Shown here piece by piece: positions 19,473 through 31,213 of a stretch of 64,000 nt of DNA. The DNA lies in contig CAWGMK010000013.1 of NCBI GenBank assembly GCA_963823655.1, positions 466,912 to 530,911 of the forward strand, written 5' to 3'. Source of the stretch: an uncultured Bacillota bacterium. Its GTDB lineage: Bacteria; Bacillota; DTU025; MWDF01. The position numbers and the translations under genes are program-made. The notes under the pieces are model-generated. The model saw only the letters and a program-made list of their open reading frames with translations. It was not told where the DNA came from and searched no databases. Position 1 is the first letter of the stretch. Every line of letters starts with the position of its first letter.

Positions 19473-20182
19473 AGCCCGGCCTCCATCTCCTCGATGATCA
19501 TCGCAAACGCCGCTGCCGGATCCGCTGCCTTGGTTATCGGCCTGCCGACCACTATGTAGTCGGAGCCCGCCGCCATCGCGTCTTTGGGCGTGAATACTCT
19601 CTTCTGGTCGCCCTTCGCGGACCATTCGGGCCTTACTCCCGGTGTTACGAGCCTGAACCCGGCTCCGAACTGCGCCTTCATCGGCTTTATCTCGTGCGGG
19701 GAGCATACTACTCCGTCCATGCCGCTATCTTTGGCAATCGCGGCAAGCCTCATTGCAGCAGCGGTCGCCGTGTCGTCCGAGAAGCCTACCTTCTTTATAT
19801 CGGCATCATCCAGGCTGGTAAGTATCGTAACGGCTATCAGGCTTGGCTTATTGCGCCCGGCTGAAGCCTCATCCCTCGCCTTCACTGCGGCTTGGAGCAT
19901 CGCAGGTCCGCCCGACGCATGGACGTTCATCATGTCCGCGCCGCTTAGAACTGCCTGGCTGACTGCGCCGGCTACTGTCTGGGGTATGTCGTGGAACTTC
20001 AGGTCCAGGAATACTTCCCTTCCCATCTTCTTAAGAGCGCCCACTGCCGCCCCCGCGCTTGCAAGGTACAGCTCAAGGCCCACTTTGAAATGCCTGGCCT
20101 CCGGCAACGCCGCAACAAGCGCCTCCGCCTCCTGCCATGTTGGGAAATCGAGCGCCACGATCAGCCTGTCCTCTACCCTCAT
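19469..20182 (-). CDS. pyrF: Orotidine-5'-phosphate decarboxylase
   Basis: LIVALD, KVGLEL, DLKFHDIP, TPGVRP and VVGRPI. Confidence 0.95.
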   Translation of the reverse strand: MRVEDRLIVALDFPTWQEAEALVAALPEARHFKVGLELYLASAGAAVGALKKMGREVFLDLKFHDIPQTVAGAVSQAVLSGADMMNVHASGGPAMLQAAVKARDEASAGRNKPSLIAVTILTSLDDADIKKVGFSDDTATAAAMRLAAIAKDSGMDGVVCSPHEIKPMKAQFGAGFRLVTPGVRPEWSAKGDQKRVFTPKDAMAAGSDYIVVGRPITKAADPAAAFAMIIEEMEAGL

Positions 20183-21112
20183 TTTGCACCGATCCTTCCC
20201 GGGTGCGCGGCCCCCGCCGCCTCCCGTATGTTCTTGATACCTTCCGCCTTGCAATAGCCTTCAAGACCTTCGATGATCCTCGGTATGCACATAGGGTCCG
20301 CCAGCTGCCCTGTCCCAACTGCTACTGCCGTCGCCCCCGCCATTATGAACTCCAGGGCGTCCTCCCAGCTAGGATATCCCGCCAAGGCCGATAATCGGCA
20401 CTTTTACCTTTTGCGAAGCCTGCCATACCATCCTGAGCGCTACCGGCTTTATGGCGGGCCCCGACAGCCCTCCGGTCAAGTTGGCAAGCACCGGCTTTCC
20501 CGTCCTTATGTCTATCTTCATTCCCAACAGGGTATTTATCATGGAAAGCGCGTCTGCGCCCTCGGCCTCGCACGCCAATGCGATTTCACAGATATCCGTA
20601 ACATTGGGCGAAAGCTTGATTATAAGAGGCATTTTCACCGAGCGCCTTACCTCTTTGACAAGAAGGGCAGCGGTTTTGGCCTCTGCGCCGAAGGAAAGCC
20701 CGCCCTCCTTCACATTTGGGCAGGATATGTTTATCTCCAGGGCGTCCGCCGCCCCCGCTTCTTCTATCGCCGTTGCGACTAAAACGTAATCTTCAACCGA
20801 GGAGCCCGCGACATTCACGATGATGTTAGTATCGATTGCCGCAAGCTTGGGCGCAATCTGCCCTAGGAATGCCTCCAGCCCGGGATTTTCAAGCCCGATG
20901 GCATTAAGCATGCCGGATGCGGTCTCGCAAATCCTCGGCGGAGGGTTGCCGATTCTAGGAAGCGGCGTTACCGCCTTTACCACGACGGCCCCCATTATGC
21001 CGGGATCGAAGAATTCCTGAAAGCAGTCGCCGAAACCGAAGGTGCCCGATGCGCTCATTACAGGGTTCTTCATTATTAGCCCTGCAAGCTCTGTTTTTAA
21101 AGCGTCGCTCAT
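20179..21112 (-). CDS. pyrD: Dihydroorotate dehydrogenase class 1B catalytic subunit (frameshift near 20375)
   Basis: [29 protein letters not shown] and [10 protein letters not shown]. Confidence 0.93.
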
Positions 21113-21880
21113 TTAAGCACCTCCTCAGCTTTGAATACCGGGCCGTCGGCGCAGACCTTCAGCCATCCGGCACCCTTCCTCGCCTCATCGCAGGTGCAGC
21201 CGTTGCACGCCCCGACCCCGCATCCCATGATCGTTTCCAGCGAGACCTGCAAGGGTATGTTATGGAAGGCTGAGCAGGGATTTTACTGCCTTGAGCATCT
21301 GTATGGGCCCACATGCGTAAGCAGAATCGAAGCTTGCATGTTCAAGCAGCTTTTGCAGCGGAGCGGTTACGAAACCTGAATCTCCCAGGCTTCCGTCCTC
21401 GGTGGCGATTACGCAGCTTGTCGCAAGCATGTCCGACTCCATTAGGCACAGCTTGTTGCGCGCTCCGGCGACCAACATTGCTTTACCGCCCTGCCTTTCG
21501 ATCTCGTCCTTAAGAAAGAGCAGCGGCGCAATCCCGGTGCCACCGCCTATCAATAAACTGCTTCCCACACTTATTTCAAAGCCCTTGCCGTAAGGGCCTG
21601 AGAGGCTCAATAGATCGCCGGCCCGCGTTCCTGCAAGCCACGCGGTCCCCTTGCCAACGACGGCGAACCTCAGCGTAATCAGCCCTTCTGGCGTGTTTGC
21701 GCCGGAGACTCCGAACGGCCTTCTAAGAAGGCTGTCCTTGGCCCCGGATTCGACCATCACGAACTGCCCGGGCAAAGCCGCGCCTGCAATCTCCGGGGCA
21801 TGAAGTACCAGCCTCCTCATGCCTTCGGCGATTTCACACGCCTCTACGACTTGCGCTTCGTCAATCTGCCACTTTGCCAC
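21109..21880 (-). CDS. pyrK: Dihydroorotate dehydrogenase electron transfer subunit (frameshift near 21270)
   Basis: [22 protein letters not shown]; continuation [11 protein letters not shown]...VCADGPVF. Confidence 0.9.
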
Positions 21881-21892
21881 TGCCCGGACCTC

Positions 21893-24800
21893 CTATTGCC
21901 TTACTGAGTATTCTTTGAGGGATCTTACTCCGAGAGGGGCTTTGCCGCCCTTCTCCTTTACATGCCCGATGACATCTAGAAGGCCCTTTGCAGTATCCAG
22001 CGAAGTAAGGCAGGGTATGTTGAACTCAACGGCCGCCCTTCTTATCCTGAAGCCGTCTTTCAGGGGCTGCTTGCCCTTAGCCGGCGCGTTGATTACAAGG
22101 CTTACCGTACCTTCCCTGATGAGCTCCAGCACGTCCTTGCCGCCGGATCCTATCTTGCCCACCTCGAAGACCTTAAGGCCCCTTTCTGTCAAAAACTTCG
22201 CTGTTCCGGAAGTAGCCCAGACCGAGAAGCCCATCTCTGCGTAACCGCGGATGATCGGCAGAGCCTCCTCCTTGTCCTTGTCGGCAAGAGTGGCAAGTAT
22301 CGATCCGGTTTCGGGTATCTTGTAGCCCGCCCCCATGAAGGCCTTCATCAGCGCCTTCTTGAAATCCTTGTCGAGGCCTATGACCTCGCCTGTGGATTTC
22401 ATCTCGGGGCCCAAAGACACTTCCACGTCCGTGAGCTTGTTGAAGGAGAACACTGGCATCTTAACAGCGTAAACCCCTGCTTCCTCCCACAGCCCGCCCT
22501 TGTAGCCCAGCTGCTGGAGCGTGCTTCCAAGGGAAATCGCCGTGGCCAGCTTCACCATCGGAATGCCCGTGACCTTGCTCATGAAGGGCACCGTCCGGCT
22601 CGCCCTGGGGTTGACCTCGATTATGTAGACCTTGCCCTTGTGGATTACGTATTGAACGTTCATGAGCCCTTTAACCTTCAGGGCCCGGGCAAGCCTCACG
22701 GTTGTGCGCACGATTTCGTCCTTCTCCTCTTGCAGCAGGTTTGAGGTAGGATAGATCGCCGTGCTGTCGCCTGAGTGCACGCCTGCGCGCTCCTGGTGTT
22801 CCATTATGCCGGGTATAAGCACTTCGACCCCGTCGCTCACCGCGTCGACCTCGACTTCCCTGCCAATGAGGTATCTGTCCACAAGCACGGGATGGTCATT
22901 GGACACTTTCACGGCCTCTGTCAGGTATTCCTCCAGGTCCTGCTCGTTGAAGACTATCTCCATGGCCCTGCCGCCGAGCACATAAGACGGCCTGACAAGC
23001 ACCGGGAAGCCCAGCTGGGCAGCTATGCCCTTCGCCTCCGAGCGGGATCTGGCCATGCGCCCCGCAGGCCTTGCGAAACCGAGCTCCTCTAGCAGCTCGT
23101 CGAACTTCTCCCTGTCCTCGGCCGCGTCAATGTCCTCCACGCTAGTGCCCAGTATCTCAACACCGTGCGCCGCAAGAGGGCCTGCGAGGTTTATCGCCGT
23201 CTGCCCTCCGAACTGCACCATCACGCCCATGGGCTTCTCGTTGTCGATTATATCCAGGACATTCTCCAGCGTAAGGGGCTCGAAATAGAGCCTGTCGGAT
23301 GTGTCCGGGTCAGTTGAGACCGTCTCCGGGTTGGAGTTGATGATTATCGACTCATAACCCATGCCCTTCAGTGATACCGAAGCTTGCACCGAGCAGTAGT
23401 CGAACTCCACCCCCTGCCCGATCCTTATCGGGCCGGAGCCCAGCACGACTACCTTCTTCCTGTCTGTGGGCTTTGCCTCATTCGTCTCGCCGTAAGCTGA
23501 GTAGAAATAGGGGGTCCTTGCGTCGAACTCTCCGGCGCAGGTGTCCACCATGTGGTAGCACGGGGCAAGCCCGCGGCGCAGCCTCTGCTGCCTGAGCTCG
23601 TCTTCCGTGCAGTTTAGAAGCTTTGAGAGCTGGTAGTCCGAGAAGCCGCACTTCTTGGCCTTCAGCCAATCCTCCTGCGTCCACTTGTGTTTCGTGGCGA
23701 GCACGCCCTCAAGCCAGACTATATGCTCGATGTTGTCCAGGAAGAAAACATCTATTCTAGTGGCCTTGTGTATCTGCTCGATACTTACTCCGCGCCTTAA
23801 GGCCTCCGCGATGGCGAACATCCTCTCGTCGTCGCCGCGGTCCATCTTCTCCATCAGCTGCTGGAGGCTCATCTTCTCCATCTCGGGCACTAGAAGCCCC
23901 GTGAAGCCCGCCTCAAGCGAGCGTACGGCCTTAAGGAGTGCAGCCGGGAAGTTCCTGCCGAGCGCCATTACTTCGCCTGTGGCTTTCATCTGCGAACCCA
24001 GCTTCCTGCCCGCCCCCCTGAACTTGTCGAATGGCCAGCGCGGGACCTTCGCCACAACGTAGTCGACCGACGGCTCGAACATGCAGGAGGTGTTTCCCGT
24101 TACGTCGTTTACTATCTCGTCTAGACAGAGCCCGAGCGCTATCTTCGACGCCACCCTGGCTATCGGGTATCCTGTCGCCTTTGAGGCCAAAGCGGAAGAC
24201 CTGCTGACCCTGGGGTTAACCTCGATGAGGTAATAGGCCGCGCTGTCGGGGTCGAGCGCATACTGTATGTTGCAACCGCCCTCTATCTTCAATGCCCTGA
24301 TTATCCTTATAGCCGAGCTCCTTAGCATCTGATAGTCCCGGTCAGAGAGGGTCTGGGTGGGGGCGACCACTATGCTATCGCCTGTATGTATGCCTACGGG
24401 GTCCACGTTTTCCATCGAGCAGACCACGATGCAGTTGTCCTTGGAGTCCCTGATTACCTCGAACTCTATCTCCTTCCAGCCCGCGACGCTCCTTTCGATG
24501 AGAAGCTGCTTGTTCATGGAGTATATCAGGCCTTTGGACGCGACTTGCACCAATTCCTCGGGGTTGGACGCGAAACCGCCGCCTGTGCCGCCCAGCGTAT
24601 ATCCGGGGCGCACTATGAGCGGATAGCCAAGCCTCTCGGCAAGCTCAAGCGCACCTTCCACGCTGTCAACTATGCCGCTGCCCGGCACAGGCTCTCCGAG
24701 CTGCTGCATGGTTTCTTTGAAAAGCTCCCTGTCCTCGGCCCTTTGTATCGAATCTACCGGCGTGCCTAATAGCCTCACTCCGTATTTCGCCAGCACCCCG

Positions 24801-25114
24801 CGCCGGTCCAGCTCGACAGCCATATTTAGCCCCACCTGGCCTCCCAGCGTGGGCAGGAACCCGTCGGGCCTCTCCTTCTCGATGATCTCTTCAACAGCTT
24901 CGGGTGTTATCGGCTCCAGGTACACCTGGTCCGCCATGTCGATGTCGGTCATTATCGTGGCGGGGTTGGAGTTTACAAGGACTACGCTTACGCCTTCCTC
25001 CCTCAAGGAGCGGCAAGCCTGCGAGCCTGCATAATCGAACTCCGCCGCCTGGCCTATGACGATGGGTCCCGAGCCTATCACCAATACCTTCTTTATCGAG
25101 TTATCTCTTGGCAT
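21893..25114 (-). CDS. carB: Carbamoyl-phosphate synthase large subunit
   Basis: [17 protein letters not shown], duplicated ATP-grasp halves, C-terminal MGS domain. Confidence 0.97.
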   Translation of the reverse strand: MPRDNSIKKVLVIGSGPIVIGQAAEFDYAGSQACRSLREEGVSVVLVNSNPATIMTDIDMADQVYLEPITPEAVEEIIEKERPDGFLPTLGGQVGLNMAVELDRRGVLAKYGVRLLGTPVDSIQRAEDRELFKETMQQLGEPVPGSGIVDSVEGALELAERLGYPLIVRPGYTLGGTGGGFASNPEELVQVASKGLIYSMNKQLLIERSVAGWKEIEFEVIRDSKDNCIVVCSMENVDPVGIHTGDSIVVAPTQTLSDRDYQMLRSSAIRIIRALKIEGGCNIQYALDPDSAAYYLIEVNPRVSRSSALASKATGYPIARVASKIALGLCLDEIVNDVTGNTSCMFEPSVDYVVAKVPRWPFDKFRGAGRKLGSQMKATGEVMALGRNFPAALLKAVRSLEAGFTGLLVPEMEKMSLQQLMEKMDRGDDERMFAIAEALRRGVSIEQIHKATRIDVFFLDNIEHIVWLEGVLATKHKWTQEDWLKAKKCGFSDYQLSKLLNCTEDELRQQRLRRGLAPCYHMVDTCAGEFDARTPYFYSAYGETNEAKPTDRKKVVVLGSGPIRIGQGVEFDYCSVQASVSLKGMGYESIIINSNPETVSTDPDTSDRLYFEPLTLENVLDIIDNEKPMGVMVQFGGQTAINLAGPLAAHGVEILGTSVEDIDAAEDREKFDELLEELGFARPAGRMARSRSEAKGIAAQLGFPVLVRPSYVLGGRAMEIVFNEQDLEEYLTEAVKVSNDHPVLVDRYLIGREVEVDAVSDGVEVLIPGIMEHQERAGVHSGDSTAIYPTSNLLQEEKDEIVRTTVRLARALKVKGLMNVQYVIHKGKVYIIEVNPRASRTVPFMSKVTGIPMVKLATAISLGSTLQQLGYKGGLWEEAGVYAVKMPVFSFNKLTDVEVSLGPEMKSTGEVIGLDKDFKKALMKAFMGAGYKIPETGSILATLADKDKEEALPIIRGYAEMGFSVWATSGTAKFLTERGLKVFEVGKIGSGGKDVLELIREGTVSLVINAPAKGKQPLKDGFRIRRAAVEFNIPCLTSLDTAKGLLDVIGHVKEKGGKAPLGVRSLKEYSVRQ

Positions 25115-26192
25115 ACAGGCCACCTCTTTCGTCCATAAGCTCCGAGAATTTTATGAAAAGGCCTGCTGTGTCCCCGGGGCCCGGGAAGGCCTCCGGATGG
25201 AACTGCACGGAGAATACAGGAAGCTCCTTGTGTCGCATACCCTCCACAGTGCCGTCATGCAGGTTGTAATGCGTAATCTTCCAGTCGCGGGCAAGACCGT
25301 CCGGATCCAGCGCGTAGCCGTGGTTTTGCGAAGTTATGTAGCACTTGTCGGACTCGGTGTCCTTCACAGGATGGTTGCACCCTCTGTGGCCGAACTTCAT
25401 CTTTGCAGCTAAAGCGCCCGTAGCAAGGCCCAGCAGCTGATGGCCAAGGCATATGCCCATGATTGGGGTACCGTTGGACATTATCTCCCTGATAACCGGC
25501 AGGCAGTACTCTACATCGTTCGGGTCTCCGGGCCCGTTGGACAGGAGCACGCCCGAGGGCGAACCCTCCATTACCTCAGCGGCAGAGGCCCATGCCGGCA
25601 GCACCCTGACCCTGTTGCCCGACGCCACCAAAGAGCTGATTATATTGGCTTTTGCTCCGAAATCCATCACGCATACCAGCCGGCTTCCCTCGCCCACCTC
25701 ATAGGCCGTCTTTGTGGATACGGTCTTAACAAGCAGCTTCCCGTCGCCGGCCTCAAGGCCCCTTGCCTCCTCGGCAAGGGCTGCAGGGTCGGCCTCGCAT
25801 GCGATTATGCCCAACATGGTCCCATTGCGCCTTATGTGCAGGGTAAGCGCCCTTGTGTCCACGCCCTTCATGCCTACTACGCCGTTTTCGACGAGGTATG
25901 TGTGCAGCTTCTTCTCCGCCCGGTAGTTGGAGGGCTGCCCGCAAAGCTCGGTCACCATGAGCCCTTTCGCGTGGCACCTGTCGGACTGGACGTCCTTGGA
26001 GTTGGTGCCGTAGTTGCCCGCCATCGGGTAGGTCATGTTTATAAGCTGCCCCTCATATGAAGGGTCGGTAAGCATCTCCTGGTAGCCAGTCATGCCGGTG
26101 TTGAAGACGACCTCCCCGCTCACTCTGCCTGACATGCCTATCGATTTGCCCTTAAAGACGGTCCCGTCCTTCAAGGCCAGATATGCGATCAT
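25101..26192 (-). CDS. carA: Carbamoyl-phosphate synthase small subunit
   Basis: [28 protein letters not shown] and QFHPE. Confidence 0.97.
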   Translation of the reverse strand: MIAYLALKDGTVFKGKSIGMSGRVSGEVVFNTGMTGYQEMLTDPSYEGQLINMTYPMAGNYGTNSKDVQSDRCHAKGLMVTELCGQPSNYRAEKKLHTYLVENGVVGMKGVDTRALTLHIRRNGTMLGIIACEADPAALAEEARGLEAGDGKLLVKTVSTKTAYEVGEGSRLVCVMDFGAKANIISSLVASGNRVRVLPAWASAAEVMEGSPSGVLLSNGPGDPNDVEYCLPVIREIMSNGTPIMGICLGHQLLGLATGALAAKMKFGHRGCNHPVKDTESDKCYITSQNHGYALDPDGLARDWKITHYNLHDGTVEGMRHKELPVFSVQFHPEAFPGPGDTAGLFIKFSELMDERGGLYAKR

Positions 26193-27490
26193 ATTCTCAC
26201 TCTCCTGACTTCTCCGCCCAGCATTACAAGGCTTCCGCCGATTATTGTGGCGTACGGCCAGCCGCTAAGCTTCATGCCCGCGACCGGGCTGTTCTTTCCC
26301 TTCGAAAGGAACTGGGCCGGGGCCGCCTCGTAAGATGCGCCCGGGTCAATTATCGTTATGTCCGCAATCGATCCCGGAGCCAGGCTCGGCGCCCTCAGCC
26401 CGAGCGCTTTGGCGGGACCTGCGGTAAGTCTGGATATGAAGTCAGACGGATGCATGCCAAGGCCAACTACTAGCGCAGTCCACGAAAGCGCGACGGCAGT
26501 CTCGATGCCCGAAATCCCGTTCGGTGCGAGCTTGAACTCCTTGAGCTTCTTCTCGTCCGACCACGGCGCATGGTCCGTGGCTATTACCTCTATCAGGCCG
26601 GATCTTACGGCCTCGGCCACCGCAGCCCTCTCTTTTTCGGACCTGAGCGGCGGGCTTACCTTGGCGTAAGTGTTGTACCCTTCAAGTAGCTCGTCCGTAA
26701 GGGCTATGTGATGCGGCGTGGCTTCAGCGGTGACGTTCGCCCCCAATTCCTTAGCCCAGCGGTACAGCTCGGCCGAAAGCCCTGTGCTTAGATGCGCCAG
26801 ATGCAGCCTTCCTCCGGTCCTTATGGCCAGCACCAGGTCCCTTGCCACCATGCACTCCTCTGCCGCCGGGCTAAGGCCCGCAAGTCCGAGGCGAGTTGCA
26901 ACGGCTCCTTCCGCTGCCTCCCATTCACCGGCGAGCGCCGGCTCTTCGCAGTGCTCTATGATAGGCTTGCCGACGATCTTGGAATACTCAAGGGCCCTTC
27001 TCATGACCTCCGGGTTAGAGACGGGGCTTCCGTCGTCCGAAAAGGCGACTGCGCCCATCTTCGCCATGCCCCACATCTCGGCCAGCTCCTCGCCCTTGCG
27101 GCCCTTGGTAATCGTCCCTATCGGCATCAGCCTGACATACGCGTCCTGCCTTGCCTTCATCATCATGTACTCGACCATGACGGGGCAGTCAATCGCCGGT
27201 GTCGTATTTGGCATCGGGCATACTGCGGTGAACCCGCCTGCTGCCGCGGCCTTTGTGCCGCTTTCGATTGTCTCGTCCGATGAGCCGGGCTCCCTCAGGT
27301 GGGTATGCATATCGATGAAACCGGGCGCAATTATCTTGCCCTGAGCGTCGATAATCTCGCCGGCATCAGCCTTGAGATCCGCGCCAAAGCCTATGACAGA
27401 GCCGCCCGATATCGCAATGTCGGCTACTAGATCGAGCCCTCTTGCAGGGTCTATTATCCTGCCGCCTTTTATTAGCAGATCGGCTTTCAT
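26189..27490 (-). CDS. pyrC: Dihydroorotase
   Basis: DMHTHLREPG, MPNT, ATPHH and ATDHAP. Confidence 0.95.
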   Translation of the reverse strand: MKADLLIKGGRIIDPARGLDLVADIAISGGSVIGFGADLKADAGEIIDAQGKIIAPGFIDMHTHLREPGSSDETIESGTKAAAAGGFTAVCPMPNTTPAIDCPVMVEYMMMKARQDAYVRLMPIGTITKGRKGEELAEMWGMAKMGAVAFSDDGSPVSNPEVMRRALEYSKIVGKPIIEHCEEPALAGEWEAAEGAVATRLGLAGLSPAAEECMVARDLVLAIRTGGRLHLAHLSTGLSAELYRWAKELGANVTAEATPHHIALTDELLEGYNTYAKVSPPLRSEKERAAVAEAVRSGLIEVIATDHAPWSDEKKLKEFKLAPNGISGIETAVALSWTALVVGLGMHPSDFISRLTAGPAKALGLRAPSLAPGSIADITIIDPGASYEAAPAQFLSKGKNSPVAGMKLSGWPYATIIGGSLVMLGGEVRRVRI

Positions 27491-28413
27491 CAGCAGCTCC
27501 TCCTTATCATCATGTCCAGAAGCGCCATCCTGACGGCGACCCCGCAGCTGACCTGGTAGTTTATCTGTGACTGCGGGCCGTCGGCGGCCGGCGTCGATAT
27601 CTCCACTCCCCTGTTTATGGGGGCAGGGTGCATCACCAGGGCCCCTTTTGAGGCCATGGCGATCCTTTCAGGAGTAAGCCCGTAAATCTTGTGGTATTCG
27701 GAAACCGTAGGGAACATGCCGGCCTTCTGCCTTTCCATCTGCACTCTAAGCATCATCACGACATCCGCGCCTTTGAGGGCCTCTTCCATCGAGTATGTCA
27801 GCTTGCATCCCATCATTTCGGGGCCGTCCGGCATCAGCGTGGGAGGGCCGGCGAATACGACTTCCGCACCCATCTTGGTGAGGCATGCAGCATTGGCCCG
27901 GGCTACCCTGCTATGGGAGACATCGCCGATTATGGCGACTTTCCTGCCCGCTATGCTTCCCAGCTTGTCGAGCATGCACATCAGGTCCAGCAGCGCCTGA
28001 GTGGGATGTTCATGTGAGCCGTCGCCGCCGTTTATTACCGGAGGCTCTACGTAGCTTGCGAAGAGGCCGGATGCTCCGGACATGGGGTGTCTTATAACAA
28101 AAAGGTCCACACCCATCATCTGAAGGGTGAGACCCGTGTCCTTAAGGCTTTCTCCTTTTGTGACGCTCGAAGTTGCGATCTCCACGTTGAGCACTTCTGC
28201 CCCCAGGTACTTGCCTGCCATTTCGAAGGAGCACCTGGTCCTCGTGGAAGGCTCGAAGAAGAGGGTTGCGATGCTTTTCCCCTCGAGCAGCTTAAGCCGG
28301 GCCCCCTGGTCTATAACCTTCGCCTTATAGTAGGACGCCCTCTCCATTATCGATACTATCTGTGCCTTGTCCAGGTCCTGGATGCTTATGAGATCGTAAG
28401 GCAGCATGCTCAT
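27490..28413 (-). CDS. pyrB: Aspartate carbamoyltransferase catalytic subunit
   Basis: FFEPSTRTR, HPTQALLD and HPAPINRG. Confidence 0.96.
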   Translation of the reverse strand: MSMLPYDLISIQDLDKAQIVSIMERASYYKAKVIDQGARLKLLEGKSIATLFFEPSTRTRCSFEMAGKYLGAEVLNVEIATSSVTKGESLKDTGLTLQMMGVDLFVIRHPMSGASGLFASYVEPPVINGGDGSHEHPTQALLDLMCMLDKLGSIAGRKVAIIGDVSHSRVARANAACLTKMGAEVVFAGPPTLMPDGPEMMGCKLTYSMEEALKGADVVMMLRVQMERQKAGMFPTVSEYHKIYGLTPERIAMASKGALVMHPAPINRGVEISTPAADGPQSQINYQVSCGVAVRMALLDMMIRRSC

Positions 28414-28461
28414 ATCTTCATCCCCTTCTCGTCGGCGAGGCTCCCGTCAGGGCGCAGGACA

Positions 28462-28560
28462 TAAAAAAGCCTGCCGTCCCTTTGAGAGGTACAGGCAGGC
28501 GCATGCTTCTAAGTCACCAGCTCCGCCTTTGCCAGCCTCACAGGACTGAGTTAAAAGCGC
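28462..28560 (-). promoter_or_regulatory. PyrR-binding attenuator leader (binding loop plus terminator)
   Basis: AGUCCUGUGAGGCU at 28534-28547 matches the ARUCCNGNGAGGYU consensus, preceded by UUUAA; GCCUGCC...GGCAGGC-U6 terminator at 28462-28500. Confidence 0.88.
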
Positions 28561-28576
28561 GGTCTTTGCTAAAGGA

Positions 28577-28605
28577 ATTATGCCTTCCGTGGCTTGCTAA
28601 GTCAA
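28577..28605 (-). promoter_or_regulatory. SigA-type promoter of the pyr operon
   Basis: TTGACT-17 nt-CATAAT directly upstream of the PyrR leader. Confidence 0.7.
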
Positions 28606-28634
28606 GGGAAATTCACGTCGATTCGATGTCAGGC

Positions 28635-29894
28635 TTACGCTTTTCCCTTAATATGGGCGACTATTGCGTCTATAGGCACATCCACCTGGGTGCCGGTAGC
28701 CATTTCCTTCACTGATGCCACGCCCTTTGCGATCTCATCGTCGCCAATAATGGCAACGTAGGCTGCTCCCAGCTTGCCGGCGTATTTCATCTGTGCTTTC
28801 AGACTTCTTCCCAGGGTGTCGAACTCGGAGGAGATCCCGCTGTCGCGAAGCGCGAACGAGATTTCCATGGCTTTGGCCGCCCCAGACTTGCCTATGCCCG
28901 CTATGAAGGCCCCCAGGGCATCTTCCTGCTCCGCCAGGCCGCCTTGCGCCTTGGCTACTGTAATGAGCCGTTCCATGCCGCAAGCAACCCCTACAGAGGG
29001 TGTGGGAGCCCCTCCCACTTCCTCGATAAGGCCGTCGTACCTTCCGCCCCCGCCGATGGCGTCCTGCGATCCTAGGCCCTCGCAGGTGAACTCGAAAGTT
29101 GTCTTGGTGTAATAGTCGAGACCTCTTACAAGCCTGGGATCGAGCATGTAGCTTACCCCGAGCGCGTCCAGGTGCGATTTCAGCTGGGAGAAATGGGTTG
29201 AGCATTCCTCGCACAGGAAGTCCTCCACCCTGGGAGGCTCGGGCATTGCCGCCCTGCACTCGGGCGACTTGCAGTCGAGAAGCCTCAATGGGTTCGCCTC
29301 GAACCTCTTGTTGCATGATTCGCAAAGCTCGCCAAGCTTCGGCCTGTAGGCATCCCTTAGCGCTTCCTTGTAGCCGGGCCTGCACTGAGGGCATCCTATG
29401 GAATTCAGGTGCACTTTAACCTGCTTGATGCCAAGCAGTTTGAAGTAGTCTATGCTGAAGCGGATGATTTCCGCGTCGGCCATGGCGGACGCGGAGCCCG
29501 TGTACTCTATCCCCATCTGGTGGAACTGGCGGAAACGGCCTGCCTGGGGCCTTTCGTACCTGAACATGGGGCCCATATAGAACAGCTTTGTCGGCTGCGC
29601 TTGGGCGTTCAGGTTGTGCTCCACATATGCCCTCATCACGGGGGCCGTGTTCTCAGGCCTGAGCGTGATGCTCCTGCCGCCCCTGTCGCTGAAGGTGTAC
29701 ATCTCCTTTTCGACTATGTCCGTGGCCTCTCCCACACCGCGCACGAAAAGCTCCGTATGCTCGAATATGGGGGTCCTTATCTCGGAGTAGCCGTAAAGTT
29801 GGGCGAGCTCCTGCAGCAGCCTTTCGGCCTTCTGCCAGCTTATCGCCTCTTTGTACATTATGTCCTTTGTTCCCCTTGGGGCCGTAATATCCAT
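28635..29894 (-). CDS. hisS: Histidyl-tRNA synthetase
   Basis: APRGTKD, LRPENTA, FRYERPQAGRFRQF, LVRGLDYY and GGGRYDGL. Confidence 0.97.
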   Translation of the reverse strand: MDITAPRGTKDIMYKEAISWQKAERLLQELAQLYGYSEIRTPIFEHTELFVRGVGEATDIVEKEMYTFSDRGGRSITLRPENTAPVMRAYVEHNLNAQAQPTKLFYMGPMFRYERPQAGRFRQFHQMGIEYTGSASAMADAEIIRFSIDYFKLLGIKQVKVHLNSIGCPQCRPGYKEALRDAYRPKLGELCESCNKRFEANPLRLLDCKSPECRAAMPEPPRVEDFLCEECSTHFSQLKSHLDALGVSYMLDPRLVRGLDYYTKTTFEFTCEGLGSQDAIGGGGRYDGLIEEVGGAPTPSVGVACGMERLITVAKAQGGLAEQEDALGAFIAGIGKSGAAKAMEISFALRDSGISSEFDTLGRSLKAQMKYAGKLGAAYVAIIGDDEIAKGVASVKEMATGTQVDVPIDAIVAHIKGKA

Positions 29895-29973
29895 CGTCGA
29901 CGCACCTCTTGCTTAGTATATAAGTCGCTGGACGGGTTTCCCCGCCCAGCTTAACTACTGCTACTAGTATTTG

Positions 29974-31135
29974 TTACGGAGTTGTGGTCGTATCCGTCTC
30001 GTTCTGCGCCGCCGCCTCTTCCTCCTGGACCTTCAGCGCCTCGGTTACCGCCTGCATGAACCTCTCGTTGATCTTCGTGGTGTCCATGCCGTCGGCCTTC
30101 ATGTCCTCGATGACATAGTTTATGGTCTGGAGCACTCCGATGTTCGTGCCGGCCAGCTTGATTGCAGATTCAATGTCAGCATAAGTCGCATCGTCGAGCT
30201 TCTGCATCGCGTTGATCTCGGCCCTGGTCAGGTAAATGGTGAAGTCCTCACCGATTTCCATTGCCTTGCCGATGCTTATCATCGCATCCTCATAAGTGCC
30301 CTTCTTGGCCTGAGCAATCGCCAGGCTGCACCAGAGGTACGGGTCCTGCTCGCTCTCCTTAAGAGCTGCCTTGTAGAACCCGATGCTGCCGTCGAAGTCC
30401 TCCGCCTCAAGTGCGCGGTATCCGAGCACCCTTGCGTCCTTCACTTCGATCTTGTCTGCGGCTTCGGCTTCTGCGCGCAATTTGGCGACGTACTCATCAG
30501 TCGCCGTCCTCTTGCGCTCATATTCAAGCGTGCTGACAATCTCTTCTTTGATGTCTTCCAGCACAAGGGCTGGAATTGGATGCCTTGCGCCTGTCGAACT
30601 CGGTCTGGATCTCGGCGTCGGTGACGGGAGTATACTCCGCCTTCAGGCTGATATATGTGTCATACAGGGTGTTATCCGCAACATATGTCCTGAATGTGCT
30701 CTCGGTGAACGCCCAGTTGTTTAGGAAGCTTGTCCAATTGTCCTCGCTTCCGGCGGATATCGATTCCTTCTGCTCTGCAACGGCGGCGTCGATCACCTCT
30801 TTGGAGAGGTTGACCCTCTCTGCCGCAGCGGCTGCAAGGACCAATTCCTTGTCGACTACCATGTCGATGACTGATGAGCGCAACTTGTCGAGCTGATCGT
30901 ACCTTACTGCCCCGAACTGGCTTCTAAGCTGCAGCTGGCTGATATATTCACGCTCGTACTCAAGCCTTGTTATCTTCCTGCCGCTGGCTACTGCGGATAT
31001 GGCGCTCCAGTATTTATCGGTTCCTGCTGTACCGCCGCTGCCCTGGAACAGGCCGGGAAGTACCATTGCGAGCACCAATACTGCTGCCAAAACCACTATT
31101 ATTGCCCCTGCGTTCTTGCGCATCTTAATCATCAA
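29974..31135 (-). CDS. Membrane-anchored SurA N-terminal-domain protein with C-terminal TPR (frameshift near 30560)
   Basis: N-terminal MRKN plus TM anchor, SurA_N-like helices (KITRLEYE, VIDMVVDKELVL, VTDAEI), TPR-like region. Confidence 0.6.
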
Positions 31136-31213
31136 TCGAGTAGCCCCCAGTCATCTTTACAGAATCTATAGTATTGTAATCTAAAATATCCCATTAGTCA
31201 ATGCTTACCCAGC

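Noticed and set aside
20179-21880. Programmed ribosomal frameshifting or pseudogenisation of pyrD/pyrK and other split genes
   Set aside because: Breaks are scattered across unrelated genes without slippery-site or stimulator patterns; assembly error is more parsimonious.
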